Origin: Nemertoderma westbladi | Taxonomy: Eukaryota; Animalia; Xenacoelomorpha | Length of the DNA stretch: 64,000 nt | Assembly: GCA_032718475.1 (NCBI GenBank) | Contig: JAUCBJ010000468.1 | Span: 40,901-104,900, forward strand | Reading direction: 5' to 3' | Shown here: piece by piece, positions 12,290-64,000 of the stretch | Layout of the letters: each line of letters begins with the position of its first letter | Numbering within the stretch: position 1 is the first letter of the stretch | Notes under the pieces: model-generated | Database searches by the model: none | What the model saw: only the letters and a program-made list of their open reading frames with translations | What the model was told of the DNA's origin: nothing | Made by a program: the position numbers and the translations under genes

Positions 12290-14025
12290 GATGAATACCG
12301 ACACTCAACAAAACCAACGCTTATCACAGGTCGGTATGGTTACCTCGAAACCGGCGCGACTGTCCACTCGAATACAACTTCAAAACACAAACGCCAACAA
12401 TAAACTGAAAGCGAATCGAACGTCTTCAGAAGAATCTGTCATTTGGGACGAAGAAAAGGAAGCCAAAACCACGGGAATGGACCACAGCTAAGATTGAATG
12501 CTCCCATTGTCAGAGTTCCTGGACCGAAATTGAAACACCAATTGCCGATGGGTTTGATCTCTCAAACCAAAACTTCCTCTGCGGGGTGTGCGCGGCAGTA
12601 AAGATTGAAAGTCTGGAAGCTGACAATACTCGTCTACAATTTGAAAACAGCAAACTTGAAAGACAGTTAGCTTCGCAACTCCACCATCTGGTTGATGAAA
12701 GCGAAGCACAAACCGTCGCCATGAATGCCATGCGGACTGTTCTTGAAACACGGCTAAACAACGTAGAAATTACTCAAACAGAGTTTTAAATCGAAGTTGG
12801 AGTTGATTGACAATTTATTGACTACGAAACTGCCAGCGCCTATACAGACCCCAGCTGCGTCACCAGTGTTATCATGGCCCCCGGCGTCGTTTTCCGCTGC
12901 CACATGGTCCCCAGCTGCATTACCCGCAGCCACACGGTCCCCAGCTGCATTACCCGCAGCCACACGGTCCCCAGCTGCATTATCCGCAGCCACAGTCCCC
13001 AGCTGCATTATCCGCAGCCACACGGCCCCCAGCTGCATTATTCGCAGGTACATGGTCACAAGCTGCATTATCCGCAGCCACGTGGTCCCCAGCTGCATTA
13101 TCCGTAGACACACGCTCCCCAGCTGCCCCAGCTGCACTATACGCGCCGACACGGTCCCCAGCTGCATTATCCGCAGCCATGTAGTCCCCAGCTGCATTAT
13201 CCGTAGACACACGCTCCCCAGCTGCACTATACGCGCCGACACGGTCCCCAGCTGCATTATCCGCAACCACTCGGTCCCCAGCTGCATTGCCCGCAGCCAC
13301 ACGGTCACCAGCTGCACTATCCGCAGCCACGTAGTCCCCAGCTGCATTATCCGTAGACACACGCTCCCCAGCTGCCCCAGCTGCACTATACGCGCCGACA
13401 CGGTCCCCAGCTGCATTACCCGCAGCCACACGGTCCCCAGCTGCATTATCCGCAGCCACGTAGTCCCCAGCTGCATTATCCGTAGACACACGCTCCCCAG
13501 CTGCCCCAGCTGCACTATACGCGCCGACACGGTCCCCAGCTGCATTACCCGCTGCCACACGGTCCCCAGCTGCATTACCCGCAGCCACACGGTCCCCAGC
13601 TGCACTATACGCGCCGACACGGTCACCAGCTGCGTTATCCGCAACCACTCGGTCCCCAGCTGCGTTATCCGCAGCCACGCAGTGTCCAGCTGCGTTATCC
13701 ACAGGCACACGGTCCCCAGCTGCGTTATCCGCAGCCGCACGGTCCCCAGCTGCGTTATCCGCAGCCGCAAGGACCCCAGCGGCATTATACACACGCGCAC
13801 GCCCAACTACTCTACCACTATATCCATGGCAAAACAACAGAGGCATCGATATCGCACACCTGAATACACAAAGCCTATATCCAAAACTGCCCGAAATAAA
13901 ATTTACACTTACCACGAATAAACTACATATTCTGACAATCTCAGTGACATGGCTCGATGACTCCATCACCAACAAAGAAGTCGAAGTAGAAGGCTATCTC
14001 CTTTTTACAGAGCAGATCGCAGACG
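12290..14025 (+). mobile_element. Degenerate CR1/L2-like LINE 5' part (ORF1 coiled coil plus start of endonuclease) with inserted minisatellite
   Basis: Coiled-coil-like IESLEADNTRLQFENSKLERQL; ILTISVTWLDDSITNKEVEVEGYLL..RADR at ~13927-14020 resembles the APE endonuclease ETWL..GY..R.DR motif. Confidence 0.6.
12848..13790. repeat. GC-rich ~30-bp minisatellite with higher-order variants
   Basis: Unit CCCAGCTGCATTATCCGCAGCCACACGGTC and variants; source of the long repetitive ORFs at 12754-13975. Confidence 0.9.
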
Positions 14026-14419
14026 AGACGAGACGAGATAGACGATGTCACGGAAATAAAAAAAAAATTCTGAAAGTTTCAGAAGTACTATTATCCTAAA
14101 AACTAAATTTATATTACACATATGTATACTGTATGTATGCTGGATTGTAGGCGTAGCTATTCCTATTACTATTACTGTATTTGATTGTGTGGACATGTAT
14201 CATAACCTAAAATGCGCTTTTTAATGCTTAACTATTAGCTTTAATATTTTATTTTTTAGGAATATTAATGAAATTCATATAATTATTATCCAATGAATTG
14301 CAGTTATTGTAACAACTGTACGTTACGTAACAATAATTGCTATCATTAATGGGGAATACTCAAGTATATTGTTATTAAGTTAGTGATTACTTTTGATGCG
14401 TTACGAGAGTATTGTACAT

Positions 14420-15020
14420 AAAAACACAAGGTAACAGTCTAAATGGCGGGTTTAAGTAAGCCCGGAAATACAATTTTGAAAATCGGCTGTAATTAGAACT
14501 ACAGATTTGACGTCACTACGCAGTGCTCTGATAATTTCTTATATTGCTTTCAGTGGAGGGTGATTTTAGATCTTTTCTTAGATTCATTTATACACATTTA
14601 ATATCAATCATTTGACACGTAGCTTGTATCAATTGAAAGTGAAGATTAATTAACAATTAATTAATTAAATGCATGATGATGATCGATTATGAAGATTGAT
14701 AAAATGCTGTATTGCTGCTGGAAATACTGTTGGAAACAGCATTTTATCAACGTTCCTCGTCATTAATTTAGTCAATGTAGGTCATAAGACGCGCTAGATT
14801 CTCCACTTTTAATAGATATAATAAGCCACATGTGAAATGATTGAGATTTAATATTTATTTGAATGGTTTGAAAATCACTGTCCATACAAACCAAGATAAT
14901 ATATTATCAGAGCACTTTGTAGTGACGTCAAACATGTAGCAGCCAATTACAGCCAGTTTTCAAAATTGGCTTCCCATGCTTACTTAAACCCCCATTTTCG
15001 ACCGTTTCCTCGTGTTTACA
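14420..15020. mobile_element. Old foldback/MITE with long imperfect inverted arms
   Basis: GGGTTTAAGTAAGC..TTTTGAAAA..GGCTGTAATT..GACGTCACTAC mirrored at 14919-15000. Confidence 0.6.
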
Positions 15021-15472
15021 CAAAAAACACATCCCGTTACTCGATTCAGGGCACCTTGTTACCCCTTATTCAGTTGTTATATTGCTTTAAATTGCTCAAC
15101 AATTTTGTCGCGCAACAACCCTTCTTATGCAATAATTTATTTTAATCGTATAATTAATTTCTTTTTTTGGCTATCTATATTATTCAATTTAAGTAATATA
15201 TTGTATATATAATCATTTCTATCTGCGTTTAGGAATTATATTTAAATACAAAACAGGACGAGCACAACGAGGCTTATAATACCCTTCAATGGGTGGTAGA
15301 TGTCGCGGTTATGTATTGGCGGGTGGGAAGGGTGGGGGGGGGGGGGGGGTGCAGATTAAAAGGGCTGAACACGTACTGTACCCCTTTCTTTAATTGATTG
15401 GTGGTGTGGGTAAATTTCTCAAATACTGATTTTGTGATACAGTCGCTCAGTTTTAATTTGTATATCATAACT

Positions 15473-15496
15473 GGGCCTCGTGCTGCGCGAAGGCCC
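15473..15496. other. GC-rich hairpin of a dispersed repeat (Helentron/DINE-like end)
   Basis: GGGCCTCGTGCTGCGCGAAGGCCC folds on itself; adjacent (GACT)n; related GGGGCCTTCGYGCAGCA motif at ~4471 and ~55315. Confidence 0.45.
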
Positions 15497-15879
15497 CACG
15501 AACGTGTAAGAATTGCTCGTGGCTGACTAACTTACAGACTGACTGACTAAGCAATCTCAGAAACCGCTCTAACGATTTATTGGTCGAATGGGCTCGGCTA
15601 ATGAATTTTCGCAGCTGCTGGCTGGCCGGATTCTAAGGGCCCTGGCATGATCGGCTACTCCGACAATAGCCTCTGGGCTCGAAAAAAATATTACCTATCC
15701 AGTACCGCCATCAATTCCCTTATCAAAAAATTGACGCAAATTTTTTTTTTTGAAAATATTAATAGGCGAATGCCTATTACAGTAGGTTCCTGGAAAATGC
15801 TGGCCACCTGAATGAATGGTTTTTTAGTTACACAGAGTAGTGTGTAGAGTTGACTGTTCTAATAGTTGTATGTATTTAA

Positions 15880-16532
15880 TGTGACGGGATCAGAGATCGC
15901 GACCGGGAAAGGTTGTTTTGTACGCGTCACCGCCGGCTGGGATGGTGTCACTGATAGCTTGGCCGAGGCCGTTGGAGAAAAGCGTTCAGAGTTAATGTTG
16001 TTCCTTGCCGTTGTAATATAATAATAATAGCACAGTTAATACGATGGCGGATGACAATATTGCTTGGTACCTGTAATAGATTAATATACATCCAATGTCG
16101 ATGACGATGATGGTAAAACAATATTACCCGTCTGCACTGAAACTGGGTAACTAACTAAACTGAATTACAAACCGGTAGCAGGAGATAATATATGATTGAT
16201 ATACCAATATTACTTCACTCCTACTCTACCTTGGCCTGTTACCTAATGGATGCTCTCCTTTGCCCTTATTGGCTAATACCCTACTTCTCACCCTTGCACT
16301 CTCTGGGAGTGTTTCCCCTCTGCTGCTAGCCTCTACTAGCTGTGTCCCCTCCGAGGTGGTTTGACCTCTAACCTTCCTTTGTGTGTGGCTTCGGGGCTTG
16401 TGTTGCCCCCCCCCCCAAATGTTGGTTGTGATACGAGATTAATATTGCTAATCTCGTATCTCCAACATATTGCTGAAAATGCCACTATCCCATTTATTGG
16501 TGGGTTATGAGGCGGAATTGAATCCGCTTACA
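15880..16532. mobile_element. Solo LTR
   Basis: TGTGACGGGAT...CGCTTACA flanked by 5-bp TSD TTTAA; termini resemble the solo LTRs at 24457 and 28481. Confidence 0.75.
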
Positions 16533-17714
16533 TTTAATTAATACTGTAGAGGGAATTTGAAATTTGTTTTTGTAACATTAATAATGTGAATGCATTTCGC
16601 TGTAGTTTAGATTCACTTTTATAGCCCCAGTGGATATCTGTTGTCTTTAATAATTTTATGATTTTAAAATAGTATAGAAAGCAATGATTATAACAGATAT
16701 AGGGGAGAACAGGGAGGGTTGAACCGTGAGGAGGGGTGAGTCATTGCAATTTAAAGGAGAACGCTTGGATTTGCCGTTTCCATGGATACTCCATTAGATA
16801 GACAATTAAAAACTGCACCTACTGTTGTATTTAGTCCATCACTAGCCTACACTCTACACGCTACATGCGATTTTTTCGATAGGGCAGAGAAAAACTTGTG
16901 ATCACTTTAATTATGAGGATACCCTACTATTTGGTAGTCAGTCTCTACGGTAAGGTACATTAGAGCAACTACGTTAAATTAATTAGATTAATAACTTTGT
17001 CATGCTTAAGTTATTAAAACTGGAGGTTAATTTAAACGGTTAATATGGTGTAATATGATTACTTTAATTAATAATTACCATTGAAAGATGATTTTGTTCT
17101 CTGTCCCTAACGACCAAATTTGCAGTGCAACACGAAGATGGAATGATTTGAGTTTATAATTATTTTTTTTTGTGATGGTGGGTTTTCTTGTGGTTCATTT
17201 TATAATCAAACCACCCCAAAATACGGAGGAACCCGAAAGGAAATTGAAAAAATTCACAACTATCCAAAATTTCTTATTTCAGCTAATCTGTCCCTAACGT
17301 TTTTAGTTTTCGTTAAATCTCGTGAAGTGTCCAATTTTAAGTCCGGTCGATTTTTTACAAATTATTATAAACGGCCTGTTATTTTCTAATTTTTATATTT
17401 TGAGCACGCAAAGTTCAATAAACTTTGAGATTTTGAGTGATAAAGGTATTACAATTCTCAGTCCCTAACAGAATCTATTAAATGATTATGCCCAAATTCA
17501 CACTTTCAGGTTTTCCTGGGGCGCTGAATATAATGGCATTTCTAATTTGCTACTAGTATTTTTCACCGTAATATGGCAGATTTTGATGCTAGCCCCATAC
17601 TTCGTACACATCACCAAAAAGTACAAGATTGCGATGTCCAGTGCTGTTTTTAACAACAACAAGATGACACGATGACACAATTAATTGATATGACAAGAAG
17701 TATAGCCTAGCAGT

Positions 17715-19157
17715 ATAGTATAGCCTATATAGCATTGTTTACATGTCCCGCAACTAGAGCCGTCCACCTAGAGATTGTCCTAGACAACACTGTTGATAGT
17801 TTTCTTAATGCTCCACATAGGTTTCTAGCTCGTAGAGGCCGTACAAAACGTATTATCAGCGATAACGCTACAACTTTCATAGCCGCCAAATAATTCCTTG
17901 AAGAACTAGTTAATAGTAATAACATTTAATGATTTTTATTGTTTTGGCATATCGATTGGGTCAACAACATACCAGTTGGTGCCCCTTGATTTGGAGGTTT
18001 TTATGAGAGATTAATCTATCTGTTGAAATATAACTTCAAAAAAAGTTATAGGTCGTTGTCTTCTAACCTTAGAAGAACTCTACTCTGTCATAGTAGAAGT
18101 TTAAGCTTTCACGAACAACCGCCCCTTGACTTACATTACATCAGATAACCGAGACCCTGAACCCATAACCCCATCCCTTCTCATTTGTGGTTATCGATTC
18201 ACGAGTATGAGTATTCCGTAATAGAATCCATAGATGGTAATCGCATTGACCCCGACGCCGAAGAAGATGGCTCGATCCATGCACAACGACATAATGATTT
18301 ACAAAGTCTCCTTAGTACATTTAAAGGTGCGAAGGTGTAAAGAATACATTACAGCACTTCTAGAATATCATCGATGGAACACTCGTAAAACAGGCAATGA
18401 AATCTTTTCCGTAGGTGCCGCGGTTCTTATCAAATCTATCAATGACAACATTCCCCGAATGCAGTGGCTAATGGGAATCATTATAGAACTCCGAAGACGA
18501 AAAGAAACATGGTTATACAAGACGTGCTATTAAGAACCTGTGCCCTCTAGAATGCACTCGTAAGGTCCCTATTGACATTAATATTATAAGTACTAACCCC
18601 ATCACACCTATTGGTGACACCAACAATAGAAATACAGTAGTTATTCATCAGAGTGCACGCCATCAGCTGTGCAAGCGAAACAAAAAATAACAAAATACTT
18701 TGAATCAAGTGAAAGCGAAAGTGATTGGGAAAATGAAAGTATGTAAAATAGTTTGTTTTAAAAACCGAAAGTAATCGAAAAATTTTTTTTTGTATTAATG
18801 TGTCCGTGTGTAATGTGTGAGTTAATTTGAGAATAATTAATTTAACCATTTATTTTTGTGTGATTTACATTATTATTTTTTATTTCGCCAACTGGCCGGC
18901 GGAGAATGTCGGAAATATAATAGAGTTCCACCAGCCCTAAGTGATATAATATAGTCAGGTTGTACTACCGGTACGGTTTAATCTGTAAGTGTTGTTGTTT
19001 TAACTTGTACACCATGATACTGTCATAGTCTGTAAGTGCTGTTGTTTCAAATGGAAGTAAAGTAATAATATTATGATTGATATAATAATACTGTAAGCAA
19101 TTGAGTCCAGCCTTTCTTTATCAATAAACACAATCTTCCACTATACTATTCACAACA
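17715..19157 (+). mobile_element. BEL/Pao LTR retrotransposon remnant (integrase C-terminus, PPT, 3' LTR 18907-19157)
   Basis: TCPATRAVHLEIV..RFLARRG..IISDNATTF, GGFYERLI, NNRPLTY with stops and frameshifts; PPT GGCCGGCGGAGAA then TGT...ACA containing AATAAA. Confidence 0.8.
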
Positions 19158-19286
19158 GGAAGCCTGGAAGGATATAATTTCCACTGTCCGAGCTCGTCCG
19201 ACCTAGTAGTAGTAGTACTAATCTTAAAGCGGAGACCAGAAATCCGGTCTCACGGCTTTAATTAAATATCACCTTGTTAATTTTAG

Positions 19287-58646
<39,360 letters not shown>

Positions 58647-58889
58647 GTAAGAATAATGTATTCTAGTGTATATTTTCGGCTAATTGATTTTATCATATGT
58701 TCTCACTTTTTTCGAGTAATTGCGATGGTGATTGGTTATCAGTTTATTATAACATAAAGTTCGGTAAACGACACGTAACAGGTCTGGTGCATTAGTGCTG
58801 CAGAACTGTAATTATTAGTTACCGAACAGTTAAATTATATATTTTATAGCATTATTTAGTTATTCTGCTATAGTTAATACACACACAAT

Positions 58890-60262
58890 GGCGCAGTGGC
58901 GGTACGGCTAATGTCGCGTTACGGAAAGTCGCGTTACGGAAAGTCGCGTTAGGGCTAATTTTCAGAGTAGCCGTAACACGACTTTGAAAGTCGCGGTACG
59001 GCTACTCAAAAAGTCGCGTTACGGCTAATTTTCAGAGTAGCCGTAACACGACTTTGAAAGTCGCGGTACGGCTACTCAAAAAGTCGCGCGCGTTACGGCT
59101 AATTTTCAGAGTAGCCGTAACACGACTTTGAAAGTCGCGGTACGGCTACTCAAAAAGTCGCGTTACGGCTAATTGTCGCGTTACGGCTAATCTATTGTCT
59201 TGGTTTTACATAGGGAATCATTATCAATAATATTCTATGGTGTTTACGTACTGATGAGAAAGGTTCGAAAAATTTAATGTAATAATGTTTTACAGCATGG
59301 GAGTATCCAGGGGGGGGGGGGGGGGGGGGATTTTTAACTAAAAAAACTTAATTTATTAATTATTGTATTATTTTTGTTGTATTGAGTACCACACAGTACA
59401 CAGTACCATATAGGTAAATTGGTTGAAAGTATATCATCAGTATTTTGCCGAAATATTGCAATAAATATATTTTTATTTGAATATAATTGCCGAAATATAT
59501 TTGAATTTATCATCATAATAATCAAATCAAAAGTATCTAAAACTAAAGCTCTTGAATTAGCCAGTAATCGCCCGCGTAAGGCATTTGGTTCGGTGGTGGG
59601 TGGGTTGGAATGGTTCGGCGACGGAGGGGTGGTCGGGGTTGGGTTGGGAAGAAATAGTTCGGCCGCGAAGGGGTGGTTCACTACACCAACATGCCAATCG
59701 GGATCACCACCCCCTCCCAATGCAGCTGGACTTTCAACTGGGTGATCGGCGGCTGGAAGGACGGCCATTGCCTGCTTGTCAGTCCCCAAACAGAACGCCA
59801 TATGGTCTAGGTAGCGAGCCAGGCGTTGGTTAACAACATCGATATGAAGTAGTGGAATATGTTCCACAAAACCATTCATTGCTTCTTCGCTGCTATTATT
59901 GGCTGTATTCGGTACCTGTGCTTGAGGCTGTGACTAAGAATACCATAGAATACAATATTATATTGAATGTGAGGTTGTCGAAGAACATACAGTATGAAAG
60001 ATGGTAAAATCCCCCCCCCCCCCCCCCCCCCCCCGGAGACTCCCATGCTGTAAAACATTATTACATTACATTTTTCGGACCTCATCTGCACGTAAACACC
60101 ATAGAATAATATTGATAATGATTCCCTATGTAAAACCAAGACAATAGATTAGCCGTAACGCGACTTTAGATGTAGCCGTAACGCGACTTTTGAAAGTCGC
60201 GTTACGGCTAATCTCTCAAAAAATTAGCCGTAACGCGACATTAGCCGTAACGCGACGACACC
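58890..60262. mobile_element. Merlin-type non-autonomous element with tandem-repeat-rich TIRs
   Basis: GG...CC termini, 8-bp TSD CACACAAT; arms made of GTCGCGTTACGGCTA subrepeats in both orientations. Confidence 0.7.
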
Positions 60263-61870
60263 CACACAATCACCAACCTTACCCGCCACGCCACGCCCCC
60301 AACCCCCAACGACAGACATACATTTTGAAAACGGCAGTAATTTAATTATTATGATCGTTCGCTGATGGCTTATTTTCTACAAACACAATGTGACTTAAAT
60401 ATAATCATTTTTGTAAATTTTTTTTTAACTAAGCATTGAATTATTATTATTATATCTTCCATCAATATTTTATATAAGAATTGCACAATAATTGAATAAA
60501 ATATATATAAAACTCCCCAGGCGTCATATGCACACTTATGGGAGCTCGTACAATAGCAAATAAAGCAGAGTTAAGATAAAAAAAATAAGATACTTAAAAG
60601 ACATTCAATAAAATACTATAACACAGACAGTGCGGTAGTAAATCTATTTCAAACAGATTGTACTTAAAAATATCTATGTTTAACTTTTTATAACTTCCAA
60701 ATTTGTACACTACGGATGGCAAATTAATTTTGAATATCAAACAAATGATTATTTATATGTAAAATTTGTTTACAATATATATAATTTCATAACAAAATGC
60801 ACCTTAGTAGTAAAGAAAAAGGAGTAAAAATGTTTTTTTTTATTTTTAGGTGAACCGGATGTTTAGTATAACCGGATCTGCCGAAGCGCCACAAGAATGT
60901 GCAGACGCATATTGACTTGTTAATGTGGTGGCGGGGGTGATGGTATTAGTAATTTATATTCTACGGCAGACGTTTAACCCTAAAGCATAAGCATGTCACA
61001 AACAAAGACATTGACAGAAAGTCCCGGTTCAGATAAGACAGGGTTAAACTCACAAAGTTATTGCCGTAGGGTTGATGAGTGGAAAAATTTGGGAAAATGC
61101 TTAAATAGAAATCAAGAGATATAAATCAAAAATTTACTAATTAAGCACGTATCTACCTCTATATATTTATCATTACATCATCGGCTTAGATTCATTCATC
61201 TCTATAATAAAACATCCATCTGCGCATCTTTTGAATTGTAATCCTACTTTTTCCTTTCAACAACCGCCATGTTTGAGTTATATTTAATTATTATACTTAT
61301 ATAAACGAGGTAAGCAAGTAAATGTGACAACGACAATAAATATGTTAACTTTATGTTATTGCAAACAGTTTAAATTTTTAAGCTAAAAAATCTGGAAAGA
61401 TCATTCGATCTTGGGTCTTCGCTTGGGTCATTTTGCCAAATATTTTTTTAAACGATGTATTCCATCACAAGTATTCATGACTATTATTCAGTTGCATTAT
61501 GAGCTCAACTTCAATTGATTTAACTAATATAACCTGGCAGCAATTAATACTAGAGCTGAATATTTATTTATTTGTACTTCCCTCCTGTTTCACTCTAATA
61601 TATATGAGGCCTAAATAAATTGGAGTTGAGATGTATAGCGCTGGTTCAACCCCTGGTGATGTGCTTCCTCATTTTATCCATTTCTGAACAAAACCTTTAG
61701 ATTACGACATTATTATATGAGGCCGGAAGGTTATTGGATAGAGATACAACTACGGCTGCCTTTTTAATGGAAGTAGACTAGATGGTGATTGTCAGCCAGT
61801 AAGTATCAGGGGTAAATGGCTGACGTTTAGCTTCCTAATTTTTTTCAATTTCTGAACAAATTCCCATTAT

Positions 61871-64000
61871 AGTTAGTTAGTTAGTTGTTTATTGACCGCA
61901 ATGCAATGAATAAAGCACCAGTTATAACATACATGTGAATATTGACAGTCAAAAATATAACCAATACTTTACCAAATCTAGAAAATATAATATATACTTT
62001 AATCCTTTATACCTTAATAAACACGAGAATATGCACAAATTTACCACACAATATCACCCAATTAATAATAATTACTAGGCCCAATACTGTCTTAGTAGTT
62101 ACTATCTACAAATTCGAAAACCTCTCTCACGAATTTTGCAACCTTAATTTGATCCTGTAGTTGAAACAGTTCCTTCAGGGACCCTGGTGCATTGTTACCG
62201 AGGAATCTCTCCCTGATCCTGACCACCAGGTCACAGTTCACCATGATGTGTTCTTCCGAGACATTATTAATACCGCACTTACAATACCTTTCATCTTTGT
62301 CTACTCGATTCCATCTCATGAGTTCGACCAGAAGTGAGTGACTACCTAACCTCAGTCGCGTCCAAGCAACTCTATCCCGTTCCAGAATATTTCTTTTACA
62401 GAATAAATCTTCGGTACAGATAAACTTGGGTTTACATCCCGATATAACTTTAACTTCGTTGCTATTTACGAACAGTTCAATATCCGAGCTAGTAGATCAG
62501 ATATGTCGTTTTTACACCACCTTTCCATTTCTGTTATATCAATAACAGATAAACATTTGGCCTTCGCTAATCTTGTGATACGCAATGCTTGATATAACGG
62601 CATCCCTTCCTTTGCATGAGCCATTGTACCAGTGCAAACGTCGTCTGTGGTGCTAATAGCCTAATCTAATCTGTGGCAATAATAGCCTGTAAAAGTCACC
62701 AAATATAGAACAGTCATTGAATGGTGACGTATAAGGTGGTATATACAAACCTATAAATAATATATCACAAAAATGTTTTAACTTGACACAGATAAAATCA
62801 TCGTAGCACATTACACTTTCAAATTCGTCCCTAAAATCTTCCCTAATAAGTAACGCCACCCCATCCCTATTCTTACTACCTTTTGTGTAAGTACTCCTTT
62901 CAACTCTAAATCCAATCAGGATTTGGAAGTCACCGAGAATTAATCGGAAACTTAAGGTCCGATTATTTAGAGCAGCAGTAGTTCCAGTATTCCTCTACGG
63001 GAGTCCATGCTGGGCTCTAACTGCTGAGGACACCAAATCTCTGGATGGCACATTCACAAGAATGCTACGCCGGGTTCATTGTGTCAAGTACAATGCACAC
63101 ATCTACAACCAGACACTATATAACATTGGAGGTGTCTCATTGGTTCCCCCAAGCTTGACACTAGAACAAAATCGCCTCCGCTTTGCAGGACATTGCTTTC
63201 GCCGTGAGGACCAGCCAGTGCATAATCTTGTACTTTGGCAGCCTCATGGAGTGAATAAGCATGGTGGACAGCCCATGACTTTCTTGAGACGCATCGTATA
63301 GGACACTGGCCTTGAAGATGCGGATAATCTAGCAAATGTCATGGGTGATAGGGAGTTGTGGCGGTGCAATTTTGTTGACAAGCCGGCACAGCATTCATAA
63401 AAATGCAGCTGCAATGCAGCATGCCGATCCTAGTAGTAGTAGTACTCCTTTCAACTCCAAATCCAGGTACACAAAATTTTACTCCACATTTAACCTCTGT
63501 TAACCATACCATATAAAAATTCCTAATAAATGATATTATATCGTTGTCTTCCAGTTTATTACCTACAGCATTAATATTCCAACTTCCTATATATAACTTT
63601 TTCCTCTGCATGTGATCAATACCTAAAAAAGGCGCCACTGCGGTTTGTAGATTGGAACACCATCCCTCATCATGGAGAGCTGCTTCCATTCAATCGTAAC
63701 GTCACACCCAACATTCTCTGGTTTCTCGGTTTCTTTCTTCGCAATATCACTTAAGTTTGTGCTTCCCCTCCGAATCCCGGGAGCTACATGGCGTTTCAGG
63801 TAAATACTGGAGTAATTAGGGCTGAGTTCTTTCAGATGCTGAGTAGTTGTGAGTACGATCTATGTTCCCCAATCTCTCCAATGGAGATTCTCGCACTCTA
63901 ATACACTCAATAGGATGAATCTCCGCTCCCATGATCTATTAATTAATGGAATTTTGGGAATGTTATAAATTGTACAAAATGACAATTTATGAAATTCATT
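61871..64000 (-). mobile_element. Internally deleted CR1/L2-like LINE, interrupted by an RTE insertion
   Basis: IGSWNINA..WLTEVK (endonuclease N-terminus), GLYIPP, C-terminal RLG.HSL..ERYCKCG..EEHIMVNC; AATAAA plus (AACT)n tail; no RT motifs seen. Confidence 0.7.
62915..63441 (+). mobile_element. 5'-truncated RTE LINE with (TAG)n tail
   Basis: LKVRLFRAAV, RLRFAGHCFRR motifs; ~24-bp TSD GTACTCCTTTCAACTCYAAATCCA (62891-62914, 63442-63465). Confidence 0.85.

Noticed and set aside
12754-13975. 330-374 aa repetitive ORFs on both strands
   Set aside because: Explained by the GC-rich minisatellite; no other coding evidence
58890-59190. CRISPR-like palindromic repeats
   Set aside because: No unique spacers, no cas genes, eukaryotic context; these are TIR subrepeats
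59240-59290. Hammerhead-like CTGATGA..GAAA motif
   Set aside because: Stem I does not pair in register, and the mirrored arm lacks the core (CAGATGAG)
61701-61798. AG...GTAAGT-bounded candidate exon
   Set aside because: Stop codons in all three frames

Overview
AT-rich eukaryotic, probably invertebrate animal, genomic DNA (GT-AG introns, metazoan-type transposons); there are no prokaryotic features. The ORF track misses the main host feature: a + strand spliced gene running from at least 19287 to 58646. It is built from seven tandem copies of a three-exon cassette: a 48-nt CxxC microexon (A), a 138-141-nt atypical LDL-receptor class A-like exon (B) and a length-variable Thr/Pro mucin-like exon (C). 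All exons are phase 1-1 and in frame, predicting a beads-on-a-string protein of 10-Cys modules separated by stalks that are probably O-glycosylated. The gene's start and end were not identified. Introns and flanks are packed with mobile DNA: a near-intact Ty3/Gypsy element, a Kolobok-like transposon with an open ORF, a decayed hAT, IS3EU-type and Merlin-type foldback elements, solo LTRs, a BEL/Pao remnant, RTE and CR1/L2-like LINE fragments, MITEs and three minisatellites. One intron holds a polyadenylated histone H3 retrocopy. Coordinates were read by eye and family assignments come from motifs, not database searches.
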